The notes beneath the pieces are model-generated. The model was given only the letters and a program-made list of their open reading frames with translations, had not been told where the DNA came from and searched no databases. From assembly GCA_951406725.2 (NCBI GenBank), contig OX597817.1, positions 174,096,001 through 174,160,000 of the forward strand: a DNA stretch of 64,000 nucleotides. Reading direction: 5' to 3'. This stretch comes from Octopus vulgaris (lineage: Eukaryota). Numbering within the stretch: position 1 is the stretch's first letter; the number at the start of each line of letters is the position of its first letter. A program made the position numbers and the translations under genes. This document shows, one piece after another, positions 12,951-26,699 of this stretch.

Positions 12951-13420
12951 TAATTTTTTTTTTAACAATATATCAAAACTGGTAAAAAATATCATATGTA
13001 AGAGTTCATCTTGAAAACAGTTTCAATAGATATAGGGAGAAAAATGTAAGAAAAGCAATTATCTAAATATGTTGGACAGGACGAAAATTTGGTTGTATTT
13101 GTAACTTTACTGGGTAGTATTTGAAAAATTCTGTATGTATTTCATCATCCAGTAATTAACTACTCTGTCTACTAATCAGTATATGATATCTTTTATGTTC
13201 AAGAGAAATAAACTCTATTTCCTTTTTCTGGTATTGTTACTTTTTCTTTACGACTATTCATCAAACTTGTTTATAAACTTACTTAGAACTGATGACTATG
13301 TTAAAAAGGTATCAAAGGTGCACTGGTAACAAAGATTAAACAGCATGGAAGAAACCAGTCCTGTATAGCCTTTGGGGGTGGGGTGGGAATAGTATTGTTA
13401 CATGTGTGTCTATGTATATA

Positions 13421-13456
<36 letters not shown>

Positions 13457-13457
13457 G

Positions 13458-13650
13458 TTAATCCAAACAAGAAAACACAGAAAAAAATAGAAAAAAACGC
13501 AGGACGTGGAACAATTAAAGTATTATTGACGCTCAGGAAAGAAGGGAAGGAGGGTTTAACGTTTCGAGCGGAGCTCTTTGTCGGAAACAAGGAGAAGGAA
13601 AGATCCCAAGGAGGGAAGATAGAGGAGACAATATTTGAGCTGGTGGTGCT
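13458..13650 (-). mobile_element. Penelope-like fragment with hammerhead-like motif
   Basis: Minus strand reads CCGACAAA-GAGC-TCC-GCTC-GAAACG...CGTC and is embedded in (TA)n. Confidence 0.55.
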
Positions 13651-13654
13651 TGTG

Positions 13655-13694
<40 letters not shown>

Positions 13695-13740
13695 CACACA
13701 TGTAACAATACTATCCCCCCCCCCCAGGCTATACAGGACT

Positions 13741-14286
13741 AACGTCCGCTTTCCATGCTAGCATGGGTTGGACGGTTCAACCGGGTTCTGGGAACCCCGA
13801 AGGCTGCACCAGGCCAGTCTGATCTGGCAGTGTTTCTACAGCTGGATGCCCTTCCTAACGCCAACCACTCCGTGAGTGTAGTGGGTGCTTTTTACGTGCC
13901 ACCGACACAGGTGCCAGGCGAGGCTGGCAAACGGCCACGAACGGATGGTGTTTGTTACGTGCCACCAGCACGGAGGCCAGTCGATGCGGTACTGGCTACG
14001 GCCACGTTCGGATGGTTTTCTTATGTGCTACTGCCACTGGTATCACAAAACTACAAATTCCATTGATGTTCATCGATTTTGATTTGATTTTTGAATTTTT
14101 GATTTTCACTTGCCTCAACAGGTCTTCACAAGTAGAGTTATGTGTCCCAAGATGGAAGGTATGCACAGGTGGACTGACTACGTTCCAGGTAGGGGCCATG
14201 GGTTATGGCCTCACTTGTCCTGCCGGGTCTTCTCGCGCACAGCATACTTCTAAAGGTCTCAGTCTCTGGACATTTCCTCGGTGAGA

Positions 14287-14290
<4 letters not shown>
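13741..14290 (-). mobile_element. RTE LINE 3' end
   Basis: AACGTCCGCTTTCCATGCTAGCATGGG tail, ~60-bp units and the ORF C-terminus. Confidence 0.85.
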
Positions 14291-14331
<41 letters not shown>

Positions 14332-14399
14332 GTGTGTCTATATATATATGATATGTGAATATATATAGATATAGACGTGTATGTATGTATATATATAAT

Positions 14400-14612
14400 C
14401 TTTTTCTACTCTAGGCACAAGGCCCGAAATTTTTAGGGAGGGGGCCCAGTCGATTAGATCGACCCCAGTACTCAACTGGTACTTAATTTATCGACCCCGA
14501 AAGGATGAAAGGCAAAGTCGACCTCGGCGGAATTTGGACCCAGAACATAACAGCAGACGAAATACCACTAAGCATTTTGCCCGGTGTGCTAGCGATTCTG
14601 CCACCTTGCCGC

Positions 14613-14614
<2 letters not shown>
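14400..14614 (-). mobile_element. tRNA-derived SINE with Meta-like core (family C)
   Basis: Reverse complement of GGCGGC..GGCAGAATC...GCCTTTCATCCTTTCGGGGTCGATAAATTAAGTACCAG. Further copies at about 38334-38525, 49755-49930, 53025-53220, 53249-53460, 57590-57780 and 60376-60833. Confidence 0.8.
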
Positions 14615-14671
<57 letters not shown>

Positions 14672-15018
14672 AGTCCCATGACTTAGTGGTTAGGGTATTG
14701 CACTCGCAATTGCAAAATTGGGGTTTCGATTCCCAGACTCGCTGTTGCATTGTGTTCTTGAGCAAAGCACTTCATCTCCTGTTGCTCTGCAATCATTTTG
14801 TCATCTGACAAAGCACTTCATCTCCTGTTGCTCTGCAATCATTTTGTCATCTGGCATGTGGCACATAGTGCACCTATACAGGTAATGTCAATTTGATGGA
14901 GGGAATGAGCTTTTGTGTACACGGACATTTGATCACCATCACCAAATGATCTGTATGGTTGCTCGGCAAGAAATTGCTGAACCCTCATTTGTCATCTACA
15001 ACAGGAGAATCCATGATA

Positions 15019-15062
<44 letters not shown>

Positions 15063-15065
<3 letters not shown>

Positions 15066-15455
15066 CGCGGGAGTGGCTGTGTGGTAAGTAGCTTGCTAAC
15101 CAAGCACATGGTTCCGGGTTCCGTCCCACTGCGTTGCATCTTGGGCAAGTGTCTTCTGCTATAGCCCCGGGCTGACCAATGCCTTGTGAGTGGATTTGGT
15201 AGACGGAAACTGAAAGAAGCCTGTCGTATATATGTATATATATGTGTATGCGTGTGTGTCTGTGTTTGTCCCCCTTGACAACCGATGCTGGTGTGTTTAC
15301 GTCCCCGTCACTTAGCGGTTCGGCAAAAAGAGGCCGATAGAATAAGTACTGTGCTTACAAAGAATAAGTCCCGGGGTCGATTTGCTCGACTAAAGGCGGT
15401 GCTCCAGCATGGCCACAGTCAAATGACTGAAGCAAGTAAAAGAAGAAGAAAGAAG
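15063..15455 (+). mobile_element. tRNA-derived SINE, family A, inserted at (TA)n
   Basis: Full head, core and tail. Confidence 0.88.
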
Positions 15456-18400
15456 ATATATGGTGAGAGAGGGAGATGCACGCACGTGCGCACACATGCA
15501 TGTGGAGTACATACCTATCAGACAAAAGAAACATTATCATTGTTAGGATGACTAGTCTTCTCTCTCAGATTATAATTGTTATTGTTCATTGTGAGTCTTA
15601 GAACTCCTCCAGAACATAATTTCTCAGAGAATTGGAATGAAATACCTACTGATATTGATGAATGTAGGAATGAACCAATTGACCCTTTATTAGTCATGCA
15701 GCCCAACTCGTTGTAGTAATTAGATTTTGGAAGTTAATTTTTTTTTTTAATTATACATATAATGAAATATTTACAAAAGTTAGTGTATTGACAAAACTGT
15801 GTCAGTATTTTAAAAGAGAAATATTTAAAAAATGACAGAACAAAAAGTAAAAGAAAAGCAAGAGAGACAAAGCCTAACAACTTGTCTGTATTTAAATATG
15901 ATCAAGTCCCCTATTTTTTCATCATCATCATTTAACATCTGCCTCCCATGCTGGCGTAAAGAAACAAAGCTACATTATGTGTGTCAACATTTTAAATATG
16001 TACATATGTGTAAGACACCCGCTGTTTTTGTCCTGTTATTACTATTATTGTTTTTTGTATTTATATCCGTGTGGCATCGTCCGTTTTTCTGTCCTTGTTT
16101 CGTATACATTTGATCCTTTTTCCAAGAAATCTAATGCTCGTAGCTTAGTTTTTCCTTGGGGCTGCCCAGATCGGAGCGATCTCAAGATTAATCAGCCGAA
16201 ATTGCGAGGATGATCCGGTTCTTGACTGAAGATTGAAGGCTTCGAATGTCCCGTCCGTGTTTTTTGTATCGTCTTCTAAATGTTTTACGTTCTTGTCCCA
16301 GTTTGTATTTTTCTACATATAATATATATATATATATGTGTGTGTGTACATATTTATACACACATAAAGGTGGCAAACAAAAAACCCAAAATGTTTTTGG
16401 TATCTTATTTGCCAACTTTTAAAGAGAAGTGTAACCAAGCTAGGTGTGAGTACAATGAAATAGTTGTACACAAACCAGTTATTTATTTACATTTAGCTCG
16501 AAACTTATTTGATAATAGCAGTAGCAATTCTTTCACACCAAGGAGAAAATAATTAATTTTCTTTTTGTGATGGATATGTTTTTCATAGTCAATATCAACA
16601 GATGAACCATCCATTTATGGAAAGTGAAATGAGGAACAGTACAAAACATGAATTCACTTTAAGACATGGCAACAGAAAGGGCATCTGGCCATAGAAGATC
16701 TGCCTCAATGAATTATTCATAGAGAAGTGGTGGTTAAAAACAATGATGATGCAGATGATAATGAATGGGACAATATCCAAATATATTCTCAAGAAGAAAG
16801 AAAAGAAACATCTCACATTCTTGATGACAACCTGGTCAGCGATTCTAAGAGCCATAAAGTGGGTACTGAGCAAAATAATATTACATGGGCTCTGGAAAGC
16901 TGTGTTGTGTTCTGATATTAAGGCCACTTGAAACCCAGGTATTTTGTGATATAATTTGGTTGAAAGCTGACAGCAATCATTTCCAATAAAAGTGGTCTTG
17001 TGTGTTTGAATACTGAAGACACATCAGCTGAATAGAACAATTTGATTCTCAGTAATTGTTTCTCATTACTTGAAATACAATTATTTTCACGACTTTAATC
17101 AGAAATTACTCTGAGACTTGTCTTTCTGCTGGAAACTACAACCATTTCAGCAACAAAAGCAATGGTAATATATCTTTGATCATATCACTTCAATGGTACT
17201 GGATTGGCTACAAGTGCAGAATGGACACAGTGGAAAACTACGTTCCTAAATTTTCTTAAAAGTGCATTATTTTTTAAAATAAGAATAATTGAGATAGTAG
17301 ATCTGTATTACAGTGATCTGTATAGCTGATGACTAGCGGCAAATTTTGCAGTATTTGGGTTAAGCTTTTGTAAAAGAAGTTGTAAATCTCCACAATGTAC
17401 CACTTTTGTTTGATTTATATTATTATTAAAATTTTGGGTTATTGTACTGAAGGCCATCTCCACTACATAGGATGATGGTAAAGTAATGATAAAATAGCTT
17501 GGCTTCATTTCACAATAAAGGAAATTTCATACTGCATTATAACATTTCACAGAAGCCTTGGTTTTCAAAAATCATTTCATTTTGTTTCCTTTTGTCATTT
17601 TCTAACACAATGATGGTTTCCTTCAATCCAATTTTTTGTTCTTCCATTCTTGCATATAATTGGGTTCCATTCTAGGCACCTTATGGTATACATTTGGTTA
17701 ACAGTCGAAAGCCATCATTTGTAATAAAAGTTGGTTGCTCATAGACTTGCATACATGAATACTGTTGTTGACGTTTTGAGTTGAATGGAACAATTTGATT
17801 CTTAGCAACTGTTTCGTGTTAAAACAGGTCAAAAGAAAGTACAACCATAGAATTTACACATGTGAGATGGTTACATTGAATAGGATGAAATAAATGTGCT
17901 TATTAATTCATAATTTTTTTTCTTTCTTATGACTCTCACGAAATAGATTTCGTTTTCAATTATTTATTTTCTTGTTAGCAGCACTTTTGGAAATTTATTT
18001 TCTTAGATATTATTTTTGATATCAATTATTTAGTTATTTTGCTTTTAGATTTTGTTTTTTCTTACTGTTATGAGCCAGTATGAAAATGGTGAAAATGGTT
18101 CAATTAGAACCACCACTTATAAAAAAAAAATGGCAATATGGATTGCAATATGGATTTACTCTCAAACCATTGGTGATGCATGTCTCCTTTCTGTGAAACT
18201 ATGAAGTCATTACAGCTAAAAGACTACTTTTCAAAAAAGCAACAAGGGGGAAAGTGCATACATTACAGTTACAAAATATGAAGGTGGTATTGAAAGATAT
18301 CTACTCAAATTCACACCCGATTGCATCCATATAAAATATAATTATAGCTAAATGTGGGAAAGCTACAGAATTGGAGTGACATTAATGATACCTTCTGTGG

Positions 18401-20252
18401 CTGAACATCTTACTATGGTCCTTAAAGTAGCTACAGATGTTTTTTAATTGATTCCTCTCAGTAATAACAGAATATCTTACTGAACTGAGGAAATAAGGAA
18501 AGATATTGAAAGTCAGTTTGTATATGAAATTTCAAAAGACTCAATGAACAAACTGTATAGGACAATGAGAAATTTTATTGATGGCCTATAGACATTTTAT
18601 TAAAGAAAGGAAAATCTATGAAGAAACACTTTCTTAAATTGTTGACAACAAAGGATCAAACAGTTTTCCAATTATCAAGAATTTACATTGAAACTAACTA
18701 TGTCTCTTTTGGCAATATGATATCATGTACAGGTGATGGCGTGTGTACCATCTATGACAGGTTGCCAAGCTGCTCTGGTGTCATATGTGAAAAAGGAAAT
18801 ACCTAATGTATAGGCAATTCACTGCATAATTCACTAATTTATCATCAGCACTTTGTCATGTGTAGTAGAGCAGCTGTCTTCAAGTAATTTTTGCTGTTAA
18901 CAAAAATTAAGTCTTGGACTAGGAACACTAAGTTACTCTGCCAATTATGTGAACAGAATAGTGACAATTTTGTAAGCTGCTGCCTCCACTCTAAAGTTCA
19001 TTGGTTTTGGCTGCCAGCAAGGTTTTGTTTGAAATGTGCCTTCCAGCTTTATAGCATTGCTGTTGGAATTTTATATATAAAATCATGAAGACCAACTAGT
19101 AAAAGATATTGGTTTTATTCATGGAGATATAACTTGCTTAGCTGGTATTTATGACAAAATGAAAACTGTTGCATCTTATCCTACAAGATTTATCATTGAT
19201 AATGATTAGTTAATGAAAATGTTGGTTACATTTCCTTTTATAAGCTATATTTGTAGGCTTCAGCAACTTCCTCATTTAACAAGCCTCAAATTTTTCAAAA
19301 CAAACAAAGAGAAATTTTAGCATGTATTTTACCTTGTTTTCAAGGTAGAAGATAGATCTTTAGAGATTAGATTCTAGGTCTTAATGGGTTTAAATTCACA
19401 TAAGTATCTCATGCTCCTTTGGTCCATTCAGCCTAGGAGGGTTGCAAGAGCAGTGTCTTCAAGTACCTCCTACAAAACATTCTACCAGAAGCAACTATTG
19501 TTAGACTTTCCTGCTGGATTCTCAAGTATGACCAACTGACTATGGATATTATTCAGCCATTTCATTCTTGATCCACCCCTAGGTCTCTGCTGGTGGGCTT
19601 GGCCTGATGTATCCATCTTGTGATTGCTTCTTGCAACATTCTAATCACATATCTGTATTACCGGAGCTGTAACCTCTTAATGTGGCAAAGTAATGATTCA
19701 TTATGGAGAGATTCCTTGATCTCTGAGCTGTGCACCTGTCTTCTTAGGTTTCATTCAGAATTATTTTCTTATAGGTGTGAACATTGTGAAGTTCTGATTT
19801 GATTTGATTTTTCTTATGATCTGTGTCATAAAAATAAAATGGCATTAATATTTTCATTAATAATCATGTAGGATTATTAATGATTTGGTTTGGTCTCATT
19901 ATTGTCAATAATAAAGGCAGTGTGCTGACAAGAGAGCTTCACTCACAATGCCTTTGGATTTCTTTTTCCCCTTAACTACTTTATGTTTTAAGGTCAAATT
20001 CTGCTAATGTCATCCTTGCCTTTCATCCTCTGGAGTTTGATAAAATTATGTACCAGTTGAGTACTGTAAGTAATACACTTAACCATCTCCAGTTCATGTG
20101 TTGTGTCTGTTAGAAATGGTCACTACTGCTATTATTTTATAAGGTACATTTTCATCATGCTTATGTAACGTGCTTTCTTTTACAATATCTTTCATACTTG
20201 TCACATGCAAATCATTTTACAATGTTCATGGATATATTTTGCTTTTTCTCAG

Positions 20253-20377
20253 GTACCCAATGTAAAAATTGATGCGACAAAACTTAATCCTGAAGAATTA
20301 GGGAAGCTTTATACTGATGTAAAAATGTGGAAAAATAAACAAGATCACATTAATGCTAAATTGGAAACCATGAAAAG
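20253..20377 (+). CDS. HSF1: HSF exon: linker and start of HR-A heptad repeat
   Basis: gctttttctcag|GTA CCC ... ATG AAA AG|gtaaac. Encodes VPNVKIDATKLNPEELGKLYTDVKMWKNKQDHINAKLETMK(R). Phase 0 in, phase 2 out, compatible with both neighbours. Confidence 0.93.
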
Positions 20378-21099
20378 GTAAACATTTTAACCTATGGCTT
20401 ATGTCATATCATTTCAGTATAACATTTTGTTTCAAAATTAGTCCCCCCTTAATACAAGGTACTCCAAATCATACGCAAGATGCTGTCTACCAGACTCGCC
20501 ACACCATTCTGACATATAGAAATGGATGTAGATGGTGATAGCAATACTGCTGTTGATTAATTTATTTTCTCTTGAGAATAATGAAGATGCTTTGTTACAT
20601 ATGTTAACTACTTTTGTTGCATAAGAAGTTTTGTCTATATTTATTCATCTCAACATACATGATATAGTGGGGGAGAAAATAGATCTTTATTGTACAGAGG
20701 ATAACTGAGAGTTCCTGCATGATAATCTGCTAATAGCAACTGACCTAATCTTTGACTGGTGCAAGACCCCAGCTAAAAAAAAGAATGATGTGATAGTGGA
20801 ACAACTTTGTAGATTGAACCATACATGCTCTATCTACAAAGCTGTGAAATATCTTATTTTGGTAGGTTAGGATCAAATCCAATGGAAAGAGTTATAACCC
20901 ACTAGATTGCTGTCCATGTTCTATAGTTCTTCATAGATAGAGAGTTATCTTTCTACCTATGAAGAATCATACATTAGATTATTTTAGCATGGAAGGAATG
21001 AATGAACAGGAGATGCAAGGAGCAACATCAAGTTGCAACAAGAGGAGCTAGGTGTCAGGTATACTTAACTACGGGAGAAACCTAAAGTAAGAAGTTTGT

Positions 21100-21965
21100 C
21101 AATGTTCTAAGGCATGAAGGTCAGAGATGTGAGATATTGTGGATTGTCAGGCAGTGTGTTACTGAAAATTGATGTCTTTGGTGAGAAGTGTATTGAGAAT
21201 GACAATGGAGTTCTTGATCTTACTGATGCTGAAAAGAAGGAAGGAAGCATAGGAGTGCCATTTTGTGAGATTACTCAATGTGGAAATGTTTGGCAAAAAG
21301 AAGGCCTATTCTAAGTGCGACCTACATAGGACCTACATTGATTATAAAAACAGTTCCTGGTCCATCAGGAATCATCACTAAAATGCTTAAAGTGTGAGTA
21401 GGGCATGCATAGTCAGTCAGGTGGCTCAAGACGATACCATACCTACTGACTTGTGTAGCAGCAGAGCAGCATCTTTAACTGCTACAAAGGTAAAGGTGAT
21501 GCTTTATAGAGAGGTAATTACAAAGGAATCAAAGTGTTAGACCAAATTATGAAAGTCACAGAAAGAGATATAGCTCAGCTAGTTAGGATGAGAATTAACC
21601 TTGATGAAACTCATTTTGACTTTGTGCCTGAGAAGGTTTTTAGCTGCCCTCTTCTTAATGAGCTGAAGTACTTAGTCAGGAGTAAGCCTCTCCTACCTGG
21701 CGTTGTTGACTTTGAAAATGCCTTCAACAGGATTCCCTGCTCTGATCTCGTGGTTGCTGAGGAGGCTAGATTTAATTGAATGGTTTGTGAGAGCAGTACA
21801 AGCCATGTACAGAGATGGTGAAACTTAACATGCATTCAGCAACAGATCTCAGGGTCCAGCATGGGATTTATTAGGGCTCAGTCCTTAGCTTCCACTTGTT
21901 CATTGTAGTTCTCCAAGCCAAAACAGAGGAGTTATGATCGTGGATTCTCTTATGTTGACGACATT
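21100..21965 (+). mobile_element. Highly decayed RTE LINE RT fragment
   Basis: LDQIMKVTER.IAQL, VDFENAFNRIP and a YVDD-like remnant, with many stops. Confidence 0.8.
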
Positions 21966-22300
21966 CTTAAATTGAAATTAGCAGAAGATTTAGGGAGGCC
22001 ATAGGAGACTATATTGGACCATTGGTGTCCAGTACAGTCTACCTACCCTATCCCCTTTTGTACTGCCTGTCATTTTACTGAGTCTATGTCATTGCTCTAT
22101 CTTTTGGTCATTGCCTTATTTTGGTCATGTTATCTTGAGTATATATTCCTATCTTGGTATACTGAATACCTTTATCACTTTACCCCCCTCTCATTGTCCT
22201 CTAATCACATATTGCTGTCATTCCTGTCTCTGCCTTTCATACCCCTAGCACTTATTCCTCTCATCCTGTGAAGAGGTTGACAAGCAAGCAGAAATGTGGA

Positions 22301-22758
22301 GTTGGGTCATCCCATAAATAGTTCAGCTTAAGTCAGCGCTAGAAGAAAAACGACTGTCTTTGGTTTGAAGACGAAAGGTGTTCTTCCATCAGGATAATGC
22401 TTGGCCACATACAGTGTGGATGACATTCCAAAGGCTGGAGCAGTTTGAATGGGAAACGATGACCCTCCCACCGTATTGGCCAAACAATTCCCATCTGATT
22501 ATCATTTATTCCACATTCTTCAAAATTGTTTGGAAGGGAGAAATATGAATTCTATAGACGAGGTCAGAACAGTACTGGAAGAGTATTTTTTTTGTCATGG
22601 ACAAGTGAATTTTGGATGAGGGGCCTTGCAAGTGTACCAGAGAGATGGAAGAGCATTGTAGAAAATGAAGGAGAGTATATTTTAGATTAAAAAAGAACTT
22701 TATCTTAATCTTGAAAAATAGAAGTATAAAAAGACCACATTATTTATGGGATGATCCA

Positions 22759-22761
<3 letters not shown>
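22301..22761 (+). mobile_element. Internally deleted mariner element with both TIRs
   Basis: TIRs TTGGGTCATCCCATAAATA (22302-22320) and TATTTATGGGATGATCCAA+TA (22741-22761). Transposase C-terminal remnants FHQDNA.PH, PSDYHLF and RW..IVENEGEYI. Confidence 0.88.
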
Positions 22762-22793
<32 letters not shown>

Positions 22794-23035
22794 TAAATAG
22801 AGAGTCAGATAGATCTATGTGGGCCAGGCAAAATGGCTGTTAAGAAGAAAATTTGCTATTGCAGGATCAAGTTTATATTTGTATCAAACCAAACTTAATG
22901 CCTATATGTTTTTAAACTGATGAGAGAGAAGACTCTAAATATAGTAACCTTTGTTGTTGTTTTTAACCCAAATGTTACAAGAAATAATAAAAGTAATTAT
23001 TGTCATTTTTTTTTTTCCTTGCTTTTAATTCTTAG

Positions 23036-23111
23036 ACAGAATGATGCATTGTGGAGGGAAGTGGCATCACTGCGACAGAAACACAAGCAGCAGCAGCAGA
23101 TAGTGAACAAA
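23036..23111 (+). CDS. HSF1: HSF exon: HR-A/B trimerisation domain
   Basis: ttcttag|A CAG AAT ... AAC AAA|gtaagc. Encodes (R)QNDALWREVASLRQKHKQQQQIVNK, matching the conserved HSF motif ENEALWREVASLRQKH.QQQ.V.NK. Confidence 0.97.
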
Positions 23112-24049
23112 GTAAGCCTCTCTTTCCTTTATTTATCAACACACTCATGTAACCATTGGTGTATTGTCAGTATTTTTTTGACTTTGTCACAAGTGTGAAA
23201 TAGATCTGGAGAAATTACAATTGTAAATTCATTCACCTACTTCTGATTATCATTGCCTTCACAACCAGCAACACTATCACCATTACAACTGTCACCAACA
23301 ATCACCACTATTTTGTTGTTGTTTTAACCCCAGATCAGGCTCTGATTGGGTAGATTAGATCTTTGATTAACACTTTAGCATTTAAACTGGTAATATCCAA
23401 CCAAAATATTCTATCAATTTTATGTTCAAACGAGCCAGATCCAGCCTCTCACACTTAGCCTACAATGTAGTTCTAAAAATAAACAATCAGATCATTGAAA
23501 TCTCAAAGCTATGAGATAATCCATGATTAATTCAAAGCAATTTGAATAAATAAGCATTACATTTGACAGAATAATTTGAATACTGAAGGGCTAAAGGCTT
23601 TCTGTTATGACCATCCCAGTTTTTTTTTTTTTTGTGTATCAGGGACTTCCGTTTTTAAGACGTTATGGTGTGATCTCAGCAAGATGTAGCTGCTATTTCT
23701 AGCAGGTTAAACAATGACTCAGTGACTCTTTTCATTCTTTTCATCATTAACATTCAACATCCATTTTTATGCTGAAATGGGTTGGACAGCTTGACAACAG
23801 GTATTGGTGTGTTTACATCCCAATGTCTCAGAGGTCTAGCAAAAGAAACTGAGAAATAAGTATCAAGCTTAAAAAAGAAAATGACTTCTGGGTTAATTCA
23901 TTTGACTAAAACTCAGGGCAGTGCCCCAGCATGGCCACAATCTGAAGACTGAAAGAAGCAAAAGATTAAAAGAGTAAAGAATTTAAGGTTTCATCAAATT
24001 ACTGATCAGTTTCAAATTCCCATCTATGTTCATTTATTTATTTCACTGA

Positions 24050-25675
24050 TGTTAAGAAGCACCACTGATTTTATTGTCATAGTCAGGCAACTGAAGTGCT
24101 ACTGTCACTATTTTCATAGTCAACTGCAAGAAGAGTACTCAGCTAAGAATAAACCATTATCCTTGGCATTTGTTGACCTAGAGAAAGCCTTTGATAGAGT
24201 ACCAAGAAGCACTATTAATGCTATTTTCATAATCAGGCAACTGCAAGAGAAGTACTTAGCTAAGAACAAACCATTATATTTGGCATTCATTGATCTAGAG
24301 AAAGCCTTCAATAGAGTACCCTATTGTGTGATATAGTGGACTCTAAGGAGGCTAGGGGTAGATGAGTGGCTTGTGAAAGCTACACGGGCCATGTACAGAG
24401 ATGCTGTCAATATGTGAGAGTTAATCATGAGTGCAGTGAAGAATTTGGTGTACAAGTAGGCTTTCAAGGCTCAGTCCTAAGTCCCCTCCTTTTCATCATT
24501 GTCCTCCAGGTCATAACAGGAATTCAAGACCAGCAGCCCCTGGGAAATATATGCTGACAATCTTGCCCTCATAGCAGATTCTATATAAGAGCTAGAAAAG
24601 AAATTCCAGGTGTGGAAGCAAAACCTGGAATTTAAGGGCCTTAAGGTTAACTTAGCAAAGACGAAGATCTTAGTAAGCTAGAAAACAGACAAGACCCCAC
24701 CCCCTTCAGGTAAGTGGCACCGCTCGATTTGTAGAAAAAGTGTACGCAGGAGCTCCATACAGCATACCCGGGGTAAGCTATGAACCCACAAGAGGTGCAG
24801 TGGAATAATAGGAAAGTGTTTGTATGTGGAAGATGCAAAGGAACCATAAAAACTACAGATACTTGGGGAAATTGATTGTCCCAGATGCTCCAGTGACTCA
24901 TTAGAGATAGTGGATAATTTCTGCTACCTTGTTATTAGTAGTTAGGGACGATGTACAGAGAGTGTAATAGCTAGAATAAGAATAAGATCTTGGCTACGAA
25001 AGGTTTCTTGCTCTGAGTGAAAGGAAGATTGTATGATGCATGTATACGGACAGCAATTATACATGGTAGTGAGACATGGTCCTGAATGCAGAGGGCATGT
25101 GAAGGCTAGAGAGGAATGAGGCTAGTATGTAAATATACATGTTTAACAGTGCTAGTGTATTGAGAGAGAAGTTAAGCATAAGAGGAATTAGATGCAGTGT
25201 GCAAGAGAGAAAACTGTGCTGGTTTGGTCATGTGATATGGATGGATGCTGATAGCTCCATAAAGAAGTGCCAATCTCTCAAAGAAGATGGAACACGTTGA
25301 AGAGGGAGACCCAGGAAGATATGGGATGAAGTACTGAAGGACAACCTCAGGGCACTGAACCTTTCAGATGAGATGATGAAGGCCCGAGATGCCTGGTGCC
25401 TTGCTGTTCTCAAGTAGACCTATACTCCATGACAGAAGTGTTAAGGCTGCTTCCTCTGGTGAAGAGAATTGGCCTACAAGAGTCCTGTGCTGGTGCCACA
25501 TAAAAGCATGCAGCACACACTGCAAAGTGGTTGGTATTAGGGAGGGAATCCAGCCATAGAGACAATACTAAGTCAGACTGGAACCTGGTGCAGCTCTCTG
25601 ACTTACCAGCTCTGGTCAAACCGTCCAACACATGTCAGCACAGCAAATGGACATCAAATGATGACGATGCAGATG
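24050..25675 (+). mobile_element. Decayed RTE LINE (sense) with internal duplication of an RT segment
   Basis: QLQEKYLAKNKPLYLAFIDLEKAF occurs twice, plus QGSVLSPLLF, a YAD remnant, RGRPRK and a 3' tail. Confidence 0.92.
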
Positions 25676-26699
25676 AAGTTCCGGATATGGAAGCTTCTCT
25701 AAGTCCCATTACCAGATGGATCAAGGTGCTGCTGAAAGCGAATTTTGTATCAGGTGGAATGGGTTCAAGGGAGAAATGTCTCACACCTAGCTAGAAGAAG
25801 TCTTGGTCTTTTATCTTCATAACTCAACATCAAATTCACTGTATAGGATAGGGTCAGATAGAATTAGGTGAAGCAGATTTTCTAGGGCCAGATGCCCTTC
25901 CTGTCACTGATCCTCACTTGTTACCAAACAAGATATTTGTTCCATGTTTGTCATGGAAGACTGGAAAAAAACAACAACATTGCTTGTATGACACTGATGC
26001 CCATTCTACAGTTATCCATATTATGTTATGGCATAACTATATACAAATATATGTGCATGTGTACATACATTCATACAAGCATTACATACATAAATACATG
26101 CGCGCGCACACACACACACATACATACATGATGGGCTTCTTTCAGTTTCTCTCTACCAAATCCACCCAAGGCTTTGGTCAGCTGAAGACACTTGTCCAAG
26201 ATGCCACACAGTGGGACTGATTCCAAGACAGTATAGTTGACAAGCAAGCCTTTTAATCGCTCAGCCATGCCCTTGTCTACATATCAGAATGCAGAAAAAA
26301 AGCAGGGTAAAATGTATGAATACCTGGTAGTCATCATGGTTGTTATCATCATCACCATTATTTAACATCTGTCTTCCATACTGAAAGACAGATGTGCTGG
26401 AGGACTGCATTAAGCTATAATGGTTGCTTTGGCATGCTTTCTATAGCTGGATGCCCTTCCTAATGCCATCTACTTTACAGAGTGTAACTGGGTGCTTTTT
26501 CCATGGCACTGGCACAAGTGAGGTCACTATGTAGCTTGCAAAACAAAGAAAAAGCACCCTTATCCTCAACTGAGTGAGGTTGCAGCAAAGAGGGAAGTAG
26601 CTTGATGCCTGGTGTTGAGGGCTTGATAGGGGAATGGGAACAGGCGTCTTGCTGTTGAGGAGATACACGGTTACTCTGACGTTACATAAATGTGGTTAG

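Noticed and set aside
16221-16255. Hammerhead-like CTGAAGA...GAAG-G-CTTC-GAAT
   Set aside because: The stem II loop is implausibly short and the GAAA box is broken. At most it is a decayed Penelope-like remnant.
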